From NCBI RefSeq assembly GCF_016433145.1, contig NC_058130.1, forward strand, positions 187,702,416 through 187,766,415: a stretch of 64,000 nucleotides of DNA, read 5' to 3'. The DNA comes from Gracilinanus agilis (taxonomy: Eukaryota). The notes beneath the pieces were generated by a model. It worked only from the letters and a program-made list of their open reading frames with translations. It was not told the origin of the DNA and searched no databases. Positions 52,360 to 64,000 of this stretch are shown piece after piece (within the stretch, counting starts at the first letter, position 1; every line of letters starts with the position of its first letter). The translations under genes and the position numbers were made by a program.

Positions 52360-54569
52360 TCTTCCTTTTTTGAAACAATTCTAATGAGAGTGAGGTTCAA
52401 GCATTACCCATCACTCCTCTGCTCTCTATTTTCTCCTTTAGAAAAGTTATTTGTACATCTTTTTATGTGAGAAAAATTTCCTCATTTTACCTCTCCACCT
52501 TTCTCCCAGTGTATCTCTCTTTCTCACCACTTAATTTTTGTTTTGGAGATCATTCCAATATGACTCCTATTCATGCCCTCTCTCTTTGTAAACTCCTTTT
52601 AACTCCCCTAATAGTGATAAAGTATTTAGGAATTATATATTTTTCTTTCCCTATAGGGATGTAAATAGTTCAGCTTTATTTAAACCCTTATGATTACTCA
52701 TTTCATATTAACCTTTTTATGCTTCTCTGGAGTCTTGTGTTTGAATATCTAATTTTTCTTCTCAGCTCTGGCTTTTCTTCATCAGGAATGGTTGAAAGTC
52801 CTCTATTTCATAAAATGCCCATTCCCCTCCACATGCCTGAAGGATTACAATCAGTTTTGATGGTTATTCTTAGTTGTAATCTCTAACTTCTTTGACTTCA
52901 GGAATAGTATATTCCAAGACCTTTGTTCCTTTAATGTGGAAGCCACTAAATCTTGTATGACACTGATTGTAGTTCCACAATATTTGAATTGTTTCTTTCT
53001 GGTCACCTGAAATATTTTCTCTTTGACTTTGGAGCCCTGGAATTTGTCTATAATATTCCTGGGAGTTTCCATTTTGGGAATCTCTTTTAGGAGATAATCG
53101 GGAGATTCTTTCAATTTCTATTTTACCCTCTGGAGCTAAGATATTGGGGGAGTTTTCTTTGATAATTGCTTGAAATATGACATCTAGACTTCTTCCTGGA
53201 TTATGGCTTTCAGATAGTCCAGTAATTCTTAAATTATCTCTCCTTGATCTATTTTTTGAGGCCAATTGTTTTTCCCAATGAGATATTTCACATTTTCATG
53301 ACTGCTTTTATTTTTTCTTGATGTTTCATGGAATCATTAGCTTCTACTTGCCCAATTCTAATTATTTTCTTCAGAGTGCTTTTGTACCTGTTTTTCTATT
53401 TGGCTAATTCTGATTTTAAAGGAGTTCCTTTATTTAGGGATTTTTGGGGGCATTTCTTTTTCCATTTGTCTTATTCCACTTTTTAAAGAGTTCTTTTCTT
53501 CAGTGGGTTTTAGTGCCTCTTTTATCATTAGCTCAACTCTGCTTTTTAAGATGTTATTTTTTCAGGATTTTTTGTGCCTCTTTTACCAAGCTGTATTATT
53601 TCACTTTTTGTAATTTATTCATCACTCTAATTTTCTTTCCCAGTTTTTTTATAACTTCTTATCTCTTTAACCTTTTCAGAATTTTCATTGGGTTTGGGTC
53701 CAATCAACATTTTTCTTTGAGGCTTTTTCGTAGCTGTTTTCACATTGTTGTCTTCTTTATGTTTTGGTTTCCCCTGCTTTACTAGTAGCTTTTTATAGTC
53801 AAATTATTTTTGTTGTTGTTTGCTCATTTATCCAGTTTGCTTCTTGAACTTGAACTTCATGTTAAAATTGGACACTGATTGCCTAGGGATAGGGGGACAG
53901 TTGCTATTGATCCTCTGTTCTTGAAGGAAAGCTTTAGGATTTTTCATGCTGCTGCTTTCAGAGCTACTTCTTTTGGGTCTGCAAGGTTTTGGTGCTCCCA
54001 AGATGTAATTATCCTGAAAGAGGTGTGGTCATTTTTTTTTACCCAAGATTGGAACCTGGTCCCATGTAGCCACAAGTATGGGTACTTTCTTTGCCTTAGA
54101 ACTGCCAAGTAGGGCCCCCACTACCTTGTGACTCATTCCCAATGCTCTTCTCCACCCTGGAATTGCAATCCAGAATTGTGTATGGGCAAGAGAATTGCCA
54201 ATCAGTGCCAGTTATGCTCAGTACTGGCAAACGGTTCTCTGTAATCTTGTTCTGACTAGTTATCTGATCATCTTTATTGTCTCTGGGCTGAGAGCTCCTA
54301 AAACTGCTGCTGGCTGCTATTACTGCTCCTGTTGATGACACCATAGACTCCTGTGCTCTGGAAAGGCTTCCATTCAGTGTCACAAACTCCTTCTGATGAT
54401 TTCCTACGTTTTCTTAGGCTGGAAAACTAAACTATCTAATCTTGATCTTTTCTATTCTATGCCACTCTAAAATTTGAGTTGAAGCATTATTTTAAAGTTT
54501 TGGGAGGGGAATGTTAAGAGAGTTCATTTGGGTTGCTTCTAATCTGCCATTTTTGCTCTGCCCCACCCC
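52020..54569 (-). mobile_element. L1 5' half: 5'UTR, frameshifted ORF1, spacer, first ~40 codons of ORF2
   Basis: 5' end ggggtggggcagagcaaaaatggcaga. ORF1p motifs NRSRRDNLRITGL, IIKENSPNILAPEGKIEIERI and TPRNIIDKFQ...IQDLVASTLKEQRSWN lie in different frames. Endonuclease start NVNVNRMSSPIKWKQITEWIRNKNPTIFCLKETYL at ~52030-52140. Confidence 0.9.
52326..52358. repeat. (CA)n microsatellite inside the L1 spacer
   Basis: Read directly. Confidence 0.92.
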
Positions 54570-55285
54570 TTACCTATTTGTATTATAGATGAGGAAATAG
54601 GATATAGAGCAATGAAGTGATTCACCAAAATATATTCTTCAGCTGACTATACAGTCAGGACTACTTCTAAATATTATATAAGGCTAGAATTCATAGGCTA
54701 TGTGGTAAAGACTACATTTAAATAAATATATATTATAAATCTCTCATTGAAGAAGATTTAATTTTCAATAAAATGTTGTCTAGCAATATTATGAACATAT
54801 ATATATATATATACATACACAGTTATTTTATCAGTTTTGTTCTTAATTTATATAGAACTTAATCCTTTGATATGCAAATCAGTGTGAAAATATACTGGCT
54901 TCCAAACAAGAGCTGAGGCTGTAGAAAGGAAATAATATTATAAATTATTGTTTTTAGCACAAATAAAGTGTGGTTCAAGGAGGCGCCGCTCTTCCCAAGT
55001 CATAAGATTATATAGATTTGAAGTTATAGAGAAATTAATGGTCATTGAAGTCAATCCCAAGATTTCATAGGTGAGTTTTCCCTGATATTTGCTCAGGGTA
55101 ACACAGCTAATAATACCTGAGGACATATTTGAACCTACATCTTCCTAGTGTCAAGTCATTCTCTTTGTCATCATTCTGCCTCTTCCTCAGGTCTTGAAAT
55201 ATTATCTTTCTTATTAATGTACTTCAAATACTTCTATAATTTATTGACTGTTTTTGATTACGACTATCTTCAAGTTTAAGCCTAG

Positions 55286-55423
55286 TTTTATTTTATTTTT
55301 TATTTTTTTACATTTTTAAACCCTTAACTTCTGTGTATTGACTCCTAGGTGGAAGAGTGGTAAGGGTGGGCAATGGGGATCAAGTGACTTGCCCAGGGTC
55401 ACACAGCTGGGAAGTGTCTGAGG
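55286..55423 (-). mobile_element. 5'-truncated young SINE1 (short-tail variant)
   Basis: Lacks the tRNA-like head; TSD ttaagcctag at 55276-55285 and 55424-55433. Confidence 0.92.
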
Positions 55424-56399
55424 TTAAGCCTAGCTTTAAAAGGAATAGGTGACAATGAAATAAAAAACCTAAAGACATCTCTCTGAATCTAACAAACAAC
55501 TGCATAACCCTCTTAGATTATTGACTTGGCACTACTACAAGCTACTAGGGATGTTTTTTCTGTTTGAAATAGAGGTACTGAATTTAAAATTTTTGGCCTA
55601 CAAGTATTAAAAAAATTCAATGTAGTAATACTTCAATATGTCATTTTGTGGAATTAGTTAAATTATATCATTAATGGGAAAAGTTCAGCCAATTCACTTC
55701 TTTCTCAAATATACATATTTTTAAAAAAAACAAATTTGCCCAACAAAGACAACAAAGAGAGATACAAGCAGTTTAAATTTCACATATCTAATATATAACT
55801 GATTCGAAGAAGACTGGCATATGTACTTGAGGTACCATAAAGTAATAGGGCCACAGAGAGTGTTAACTCTGTGATATCCACATCCTTTGATTTGTTATTG
55901 TCTTGAATTACCACTACAATTCAGAGGAAGCAACTTTAAACATAAAGTCCATTCAGTTCTGAAGTAAAGAATTAGCCTTGGATTAGATCCAAGATAGACT
56001 CACACCATACTAAATTCCACTCCAGTACAAAGTTCTCCCAGATCTATAATTCATAAAGCATTTTAACTCAAAGGTCTTAATCTGAGATGATTAAACTGAG
56101 ATGAATTCTCAGTTCATCTCACTGAAAGAGACTTGGCTAACCCTATTTTTGAGATGTAGAAACAGAGACAACATCTAATGAAGACTTGCAAAAAATGTGC
56201 ATATGTCTATATACCTAGTCTTATATAACTAATCGAACAGGCTTTAAATTGCAAAGAGCTCCTTACCACCTAGGGTAGCAGTTATGATTTAGGAAAAATA
56301 CTAGACACCCAATCACTCTCAGAAAGAAAATCTGAGAAAAGATCCAGTAACAAAATACATGACTTCCAATGCCTATACCCAAATGCATAGTATACGGAT

Positions 56400-57410
56400 A
56401 ACAATCAAGGTAAATTGGAGATTTTGATGCAAGGAAAAAAATGTGAGAAATAGCTAGCATGTTGGATGACTGAGACAAGATCCAAAAATATACTGGCAAT
56501 TTGGAACAATATATTTATTTAATCTAATAAGCTAAATCTTTTTAATGTTAATTTTTAAAATTTGGCCTAGACTTGTATTTTCATTGTTTTAGAGATATTT
56601 CTCAGTGAGGAAACTACTTTTATTGGTGTAGATTGAAAATGATTCTGAGTTGCCTGGGTCACTGAGAAGTAAATGATTTTTTAAGTATCATACAGTCAGT
56701 ATGAAACAAAAGCATGACTTGAATCCAGCTTTATCTACTATGGCAGGCTGCCTCATAAGATGAAATTTAATAAAGACAAATATAACCTCCTATACTTGGG
56801 TTATAAGTACAATATAGGAGAGATCTAGATCTAGAAGTTCTAGTGAACTACAAGCATGATATGAATTAACAGTATGACCATATGACCAAAAAACCAAATA
56901 CAACATTAGGTTTTATATATATAATGTCCAAAAATGAGAGCTGCATTATGTCCTCATCATACCCCATTTGGTATATTGTGCTCAGTTATGGGTGTCATAT
57001 TTTAGGAAGAACATTAATACATGAAGCATCTATAAGAAGATGAACAGAATGATGAGAAGACCAGTAATCGTGAAATATAATAACTGAAGAAACTAGAAAG
57101 ATTTAGCTTAGAGAAGACAATGCTTAGGGAGAGCCTTCAGTTTTCTAGAGGGTTGTCAAATGCAAGAAATTTTAGCCTTAATTTGTTTGGCCACAAAGTA
57201 TAGAACAAAAAGGAGAGAATTGGGAGAGGTGGCAAAGAGGCAAATTTATGCTCAGTTTTAGGAAAAATTGACACATTATGTCAGTAATCAAAAAATAAAT
57301 GCTGGATGAACTCTGGTTAGGAAGGTGTAACTAATTCTCTTGGTTAGGTCCACATCAGCCAAGGCTATCTCTGAGGTCTCTTCAAATTCGGAGTTTCTAT
57401 AATTCTGTGA
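56400..57410 (+). mobile_element. CR1/L3 LINE 3' fragment, interrupted by a Mar3-like SINE (~56560-56750)
   Basis: atgttggatgactgagacaagatcc; aagatgaaatttaataaagacaaat; tattgtgctcagttatggg; ends ctctgaggtctcttcaaattc...attctgtga. Confidence 0.7.
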
Positions 57411-58144
57411 TGTTGTGAAGCTCAAAGACAAGAAACAAAATCCTGGTTTTTAATTTCCAAAGTGAAATGTCTGTGATTTTAAATGATAAATCTTACATCT
57501 ATAGGATCCTGGTCAATATCAATAATTGATACTCATTTATCAATGGTAATAATAGAACTCTATCTAGAGTTGGAAGATACTTCTTGACAAAAGCTATACA
57601 GCACATTAAGTCATGAAGTTTGGGGATGAAAGGCATTTTCTAAGGCAAGAGATTCTTGATGAAGTGGGCGTTGAAGAAAGGGGATCCAGGTCCATTTTGT
57701 AGGACAGTCAGCAGGGTATTTGATAGAAAGTACTTTATTTACAAATTGAGTCCTTCTGGTCTATAATGTAATAACAACCAATGTGAGGGCATTTTATACC
57801 TCAGTAGATGCAATTGTCATTTGCTCTAACAATAATCAAATGGGCTAGCATCTACAGACACTTGTTTTAATTCAATACATACTCAAAACCCTTGGATAAT
57901 TTGTCTTATTTTTAATGTGTTTTATGGAGAACCGAAAGCACCAAACTGGATGACATAAGGCAATCTGAAATGCCCAGGAACTGTCAAATAACAGGCTTTT
58001 GAAACTTATTGATCTAGTCAAACAACAGCATGATTCATATACTTGTTTGCATGGTTTTTTCCTCCATTGAAATGACTGAATAAATCAATCAGCTCTTTTG
58101 GCATTACCAAGACATAACCTTAGCTGATTAAAACTAAAAGAGCA

Positions 58145-58346
58145 GGGGGCAGCTGGGTAGCTCAGTGGATTGAGAGCCAGGCCTAGAGACAGGAGGTCCT
58201 AGGTTCAAATCCGGCCTCAGACACTTCCCAGCTGTGTGACCCTGGGCAAGTCACTTGACCCCCATTGCCTACTCTTACCAATCTTCCACCTATAAGTCAA
58301 TACACAGAAGTTAAGGGTTTAAAATTAAAAAAAAAAAAAACATCAA
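58145..58346 (+). mobile_element. Young SINE1 (short-tail variant)
   Basis: 15-bp perfect TSD aaaactaaaagagca at 58130-58144 and 58347-58361. Confidence 0.95.
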
Positions 58347-60053
58347 AAAACTAAAAGAGCACATTCGGTTAGATAATTAGAACCTTTCTTTTGTTTTTCT
58401 TATAGTATATTTTCATAGAGGAGAGAAACATGAAATGACAATTATCTGAGGTTTGAAGAAATCTTAATGAGAAAGGAATTGGAGCAATTAATTGGAAGGA
58501 ATAAAATACAAAACAAAGGTCTTAAAGTTAGATTATTATATATTAATTTCACTATTTGTTCTACCAAAAACTTTGTGAAGAAAGTATTCTTGTATTAAAT
58601 CTTTAAAAGAAAAATAGCCTTCTGTCATCACTTCTTAAACCATATCATACAAGGGAATTTCTTTCCAAAAAGTACTGTACCCTCGACAAATTTTCAGACC
58701 CATTTAGCAACAAGTGAGTAAAAAAAGAATTTTAGAAGAAAAAATGTAAATATTGGAAAGGGGGTCTTATATTGTTTTTCAAATGCGTCTCTATTACTAG
58801 CATGTCTCCAAATGTGTATCACCACTAACTAACTAGAATGTAAATTTTCCCAAGATACATTCCACCAAAAGGCTGACAAGTGAGGATTTACATATGAAAT
58901 TTCAGTCCACAGTAAACAGTTCCAGAAAATGAACAGCTGGAATGGCTAGAATTTTAAGTTGCAGGCACACCTGGCCTAGACTCCTATGCATATCTAATAA
59001 AAAGGGAATGCTCAGGCACTGGCTGAAGCTTCTGGCTATCACTATATTATCACCCTGTTATCCCTAGGTAAAATGATAAAATGAGAAACTAAATAATTAC
59101 ACAATTCTCCCACCAGGCCATGAAAAACACGACTTACTCATTTTCCTCTCATGTTTCTCCCAAGCACCAAAATGAGCTGGCAATTGTCCTAAAATGTATC
59201 CTAGTTATTGACAATGAGTAATTGATCAACTAGAGAAAATGTTTAAATTTTACGCAAAGTAGAAATTATCAAAAAAGGGCATAACTTTCTTTTGTGCTGA
59301 TAATATACAATATTAACTTGCCAAATTCATATCATTCATATGCGATAGGTAGCAGATTTTGAAATATCTAACAATTTAATAACAAATTGACACGATTTGC
59401 TTTGCTTATGCTTTTACATATTTAAAGGATTCCATGCTAAAACAATTAGGATCATCATTCAATTTGCTGTATTAGCATGTTAAATCCCATTTGTTGCATA
59501 CCCTTCTGGCCTTACCTAAATTGTAATTACTCTTTTCCTTATAGTAAAGCTACAGATCTTAGATTTCAACCATGCCAGAGGATAGCTTTCTCAGGGGGCA
59601 ATAATACCAAAGGGCACAATACCACATTCATCACATGACAGTAAAAGGATTTGTTCCCATCTCTAGATTTTAGCAATGCTTTAAAATTGCTTCTTCCCAT
59701 GACACATTTTTAAATAGCTCGATACAGTTTACTTCATTCCCTTTCATTTTCCAAGGTTGTGGAAAATGACTTTTTGAAAAGATACTTCATAGGAAAAGTT
59801 TTAAGAGTAAGCAGATTAGGGTACTTAAGAGAGGGAGATGCAGTCAAATATGCCACCAAGTTAGTAAAAAAAAAATCAAATGATCCTTTTTTGAAACACT
59901 GGGAAAATGTGCTATTTACTTAAGTTTAAGCCAGAGATTTGAGACATGGGATGCTTCTATATCATGCAGGGAATACTAAACAGTCTTCTTAAAAAGTTTA
60001 ATTTTTTTGGTATATCCATCTTATCTCACTAACAGATAAAGACAGACAGATCA

Positions 60054-60128
<75 letters not shown>
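60054..60128. repeat. (GATA)n tetranucleotide microsatellite
   Basis: About 18 perfect units. Confidence 0.97.
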
Positions 60129-61895
60129 CAGAAAGAGAGCGAGAGCTATAAACACTGCTATTAGCTGATAAGGTGAAATAATTTGTTTATAAATTACTTT
60201 TTTTTGAAGTGTTCTATTTTGTGGGAAAAAATCCAGAGATGTGCAATTTAATATTTAATAATGTGGTAAAATGATAAAAAAAAAAGACAGCCTTTTTCTC
60301 TGTTGGGTTCAACAGTACACAGTATTGTTCTAAGGGAAGTCAGTAGAGTCAGCTTTCAATGATTCATACTAATAGGGGAGAAGACTGTGAATTAGAAAAA
60401 TGGCAAATATGTTCCAAATCATTTATACTAAAATTTCAATTCCACCAGTATTATTTTATGAATGTCTACCATTTGTTAATCACAAAGACAAAAACAATCT
60501 ATTCCTTGCCCTTAAGGAGCTTACATTTCCTTGGAGGAAAGCAATATGCACATGGAGAAGTAAGTAAAATTTATACAGAGTAAATACCAAGTAATTTCAT
60601 GGGAAAGGGAGAGAATATGAGCAACTGGGGGGATTGTGTGTATTTCTAGTGTTCATTAATGGTGGTGTCTGTTTTTTTCTTCAAAACAAAGGACAATGCC
60701 ACACGAAGGTTTCAGATGAAGGTCTGAAATAGACAGAGCCAAGTAGCTGTCTGGTTTCCCCATTCTTTCTTCCTTGTTCAACTTTTCCCTTCAGGCCACT
60801 CATTACTGGCAACAGGTCTTGTCTGGAACTGATATAGTCCAAATTAGCACTGAATTCATAGGCTTCCATAATCTGGCTTTAACCTACTTTTTAAGTGTTA
60901 TCCATCCTTTCTGGATTTTAAAATCTAGTCGGTCTGAACTGCTCACCATTCCCTGAATTTCTGTCACCCGTTGCAACCTCTGTGTTATTACTCACTGTGT
61001 TCCCCTAAACTGGAATATAAACCTTCCAAATCTTCCCTTTTCAAAGTCCAATTCAAGTGCTCTTTCTTCCATGAAGCTTTCTTTGATCCTCCCATCTAGA
61101 AGTAATCTCTCTCTCTCTAGGAGCAGACTTTTACTTGTGATGGACTTTTCTTGATCTTCATTCTTCTCAACCAAACTAGGCATCTGACCCAGTTGACCAC
61201 TCTCTCCTCTGGGATGCTCTCTCTTTTCTGGGTTTTTGTGACACGACTCTCTCCTAGTTTGCCTATTTCCTGTCTGACTTCTCTTCATTCTTCTCTGTTG
61301 GTTCATCATTGATAGCAGGACCCCTAGAACCCTTGTTCTTCTTACTTTGCTCCTTCTCTTGGTAAGCTTCTCAGATCCCATGGCGCTCAATACTAGCTCT
61401 TGTGCAGAAGATGTACCCAGCTCCAATAGCCAGTCAGAGCTTCAGTTCCACCTTGCCAATGGCTTACTAGATGTTTCAAATTGTGCCCCAGAGACATATT
61501 ACACTCAACATGTCAGACGCTAAATTCATTGTCTTTACTCCTAAAACCCTTTTTCTCAAATCTCTTAATTTCTGCTGGAGGTGTCACTTTTCTAGGTTTA
61601 TAACCTCAGAATTACCCTGGACTAGTCACTGTTTCCTACTCTTGACATCCAGTCAACTGTTAAATATTGTGGTTTTCCCCTTTCCATTATCTCTTAATTC
61701 TATTCACTTTCTCTCTAGTCACATAGCTACCATTCAGACCTTCATCACTTCTCAGTCCAGATTAAGGTTATAGTCTCCTTCCTGGTCTTTTGGCCTCCAA
61801 TTTCTCCCCATTACTGCTAATCATACACACTGTGGCCAAAGTATTATTCCTTAAGGATTCCTCAACTCAATCAGTCCCAAGGTCTTTCTAGTATC

Positions 61896-62389
61896 TGTGC
61901 AGGTGGAAAATTTGCCACACCTGAGCTACATTCCCAGCATCCTTTTAAGTACATCCTCATTTGACATACAGAGGCTTGGGAGATAAATTAGGCTGAGACC
62001 CCTGCTGCGGGGCTTTTTTTGGGGAGCTTGAGCTTTGTTTTGGTTAAAGTGGGGCAGGTGTGGGTTTCCAGCTCTGTGCTCTGCTCACTTGACTGAAGGA
62101 ACCCCTTTCCATCTCATTTTTGTTATTAAATCCTTTAATTTAAAATTAAATGGGGGCAGCTGGGTAGCTCAGTGGATTGAGAGCCAGACCTAGAGACAGG
62201 AGGTCCTAGGTTCAAATCTGATTTCAGACACTTCCTAGCTGTGTGACCCTGGGCAAGTCACTTGACCTACATTGCCTCGTCCTTAATGCTCTCCTGCCTT
62301 GGAGCCAATACACAGTATTGACTCCAAGATGGAAGGAAAGGGTTTTAAAAAAAATCAAATGGAGTGTTTCATTCATTTTTACTCCTACA
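61896..62389 (+). mobile_element. Probable solo LTR (~280 bp once the SINE is removed) inserted in L2
   Basis: TG...CA ends; 4-bp TSD-like tatc (61892-61895) / tacc (62390-62393); ATTAAA at 62125-62130. L2 text rejoins across the insertion. Confidence 0.65.
62152..62354 (+). mobile_element. SINE1 (long-tail form) nested in the LTR
   Basis: Canonical head and tail; TSD-like aaaattaaatgg / aaaatcaaatgg. Confidence 0.92.
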
Positions 62390-64000
62390 TACCTCTAGGG
62401 TAAAATATAAATTCCTATGTTTAGCTTTTAAATCCCTTTACGACCTGGCCCCAACCTATTTGTCCATTGACATACATATTACTTTCCACTCTCAGCCTCT
62501 GCTATCCACCAACCAAACTGGTCTGTGTTTGTTCTTTCTGTTCCTCACATACAACACTCCATCTACCACCTCCATATTTTTTTTTGCATTGGCCACCTCA
62601 CATATCCAGAACACAGAAGAACTTTGTTTTACGCAAGCTCAGCACCCTTGAATTCAAGTGTACGTGATTGGCAATTAAAAAAAATAAAGGCAGAAAAATA
62701 TGTAAAATAAAATGTTTTAATTATGTGCTAAATCTGCTCCATTTTCCCCAGACAGTGTAAGTCTTTCAGCAGTTTGTCCAATCACACCCATTCTTGCTCT
62801 GAGAAGCACTAGTATGAGTCATTATATTGTTTTGTGTCAAACATTAGCTCCCACATCAGTCTTTGTTCGGAGGTCTCTCTTGCAACAAGTCATGTCCACA
62901 TCAGAGCAGTGCTTCTCTTTGTTTCATTAACACTATTTAGTTATTAGTAATGACCCAAATTGCAAGTGTAGTAACGTTGGTAGCTCTGATAAGCCTAAGA
63001 AAAGTCATAAGGTCTCCAGATAAGTTCAGAAAAGAAATACTGATTAAATAATGTGGTTTGCTATTATGGATGATTTTCAACTTACAAAAAGGATCTTGAA
63101 TGCAATGTTCATGTTAAAAAAAAAAAAGACCTACCATACACTCTTTTCTCATTATACATCATAAAGTCCCTTTTTTCCTTTAAGCACCTCAACTACTATT
63201 TTCTACATGAATTCTTTCCTGATTTTCTTCAAATGTTAATGCCCTCTCTCTCTCAAGCTACCTTGAGTCTATTTCATATTTATTTGTATTTATATACTTT
63301 ATATTTATGCTCTATATATTTAATATATATTTGTTTTCGCCTACATACTCATATAAGCAAACGTTAGATTTTTTGTGAGTAAGGGTGTTTCTTTTGTTTC
63401 TTTCTTTGCACTTTGGACCTAGCAGAATCACTGGCCCATAATAAGCAATAACTACTTGCTGATTGGTTATTAACCAGAATTAACCACTTCATACCTCTCC
63501 TGTATACTCCTGTGTACATGCTAATTTAATTTTTGTTTTAATGCCTCTCACCTCCTTTATTAGGTAAAATACTTGAAGGCAGTGCTTATGTCTTGTTTGT
63601 CTTTTTGTCATCCTTCAACTAATATGGTACTTGTCACAACACAGGTGCTTAATAAGTGTGTGTGGATCTGAATTTAATCTAAACTACCATGGGGCAACTT
63701 GAAATATCATGGCAAATAGCGTTTTATCTATAGATATCAAAATTTGGAGGCCATTTAGAACACTCATATTCCTTTACAGATGGAAAAAATGAATTTAGTA
63801 TTTATTAAGCAAGAACTATTAACTTTAAAAAGAAACCACTAAATGATATGATTTCTACCATTGGTTCTCCGGGTGAGTTCCTCTTGGTCTCTTTTCTGGG
63901 GCAAACCTGCAGTCTCTATCTAAAGGGCCAGTGTCCTTGATGTCTCATTCTCTCCACTCAGGATGGTGTTCTGGGATCCTGTCTGGGGCCTTGGGTTCCG

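Larger units (their letters stand above)
60790..62640 (+). mobile_element. L2 LINE fragments hosting an LTR and a SINE1
   Basis: RT C-terminal remnant HITLNMSDAKFIVF (ORF 61471-61773); L2 3' text tctagggtaaaatataaattcc...gacctggccccaacctattt. Confidence 0.75.

Noticed and set aside
45797-64000. SMARCA2 exon 9 (AEDEEGYRKLIDQKKD...KKRRRRKK)
   Set aside because: Not found by eye. It probably lies beyond 64000 (intron 9 >18 kb); location inside the 341-N gap is unlikely but not excluded.

Overview
This window is AT-rich vertebrate genomic DNA, not prokaryotic. The SINE content (SINE1_Mdo-type, Mar1, MIR/Mar3) points to a didelphid marsupial, most likely the opossum Monodelphis domestica. The whole window lies inside one minus-strand gene, SMARCA2 (BRM, the SWI/SNF ATPase). 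I mapped 16 consecutive GT-AG coding exons (2088-45796). They total 1992 nt (664 codons) in one open frame and match human exons 10-25 in size and phase. They encode the BRK domain, the acidic linker and both ATPase lobes with motifs GLGKT, DEGH, TGT and [10 protein letters not shown] intact. Exons 9 and 26 are not visible and presumably lie outside the window. Introns carry SINEs, L1/L2/CR1 fragments, two probable solo LTRs, several hAT MITEs, microsatellites and two N gaps. I found no evidence of a new gene system. The best leads are a well-preserved 207-bp hAT MITE with TIRs and an 8-bp TSD, nested TE stacks, a strong frameshifting alternative acceptor 55 nt upstream of exon 24, possible splice regulation at exon 10, inverted SINE pairs and an antisense-oriented LTR. 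Repeat family names, human exon numbering and human residue comparisons come from memory, not a database search. Boundaries of old repeats are approximate.
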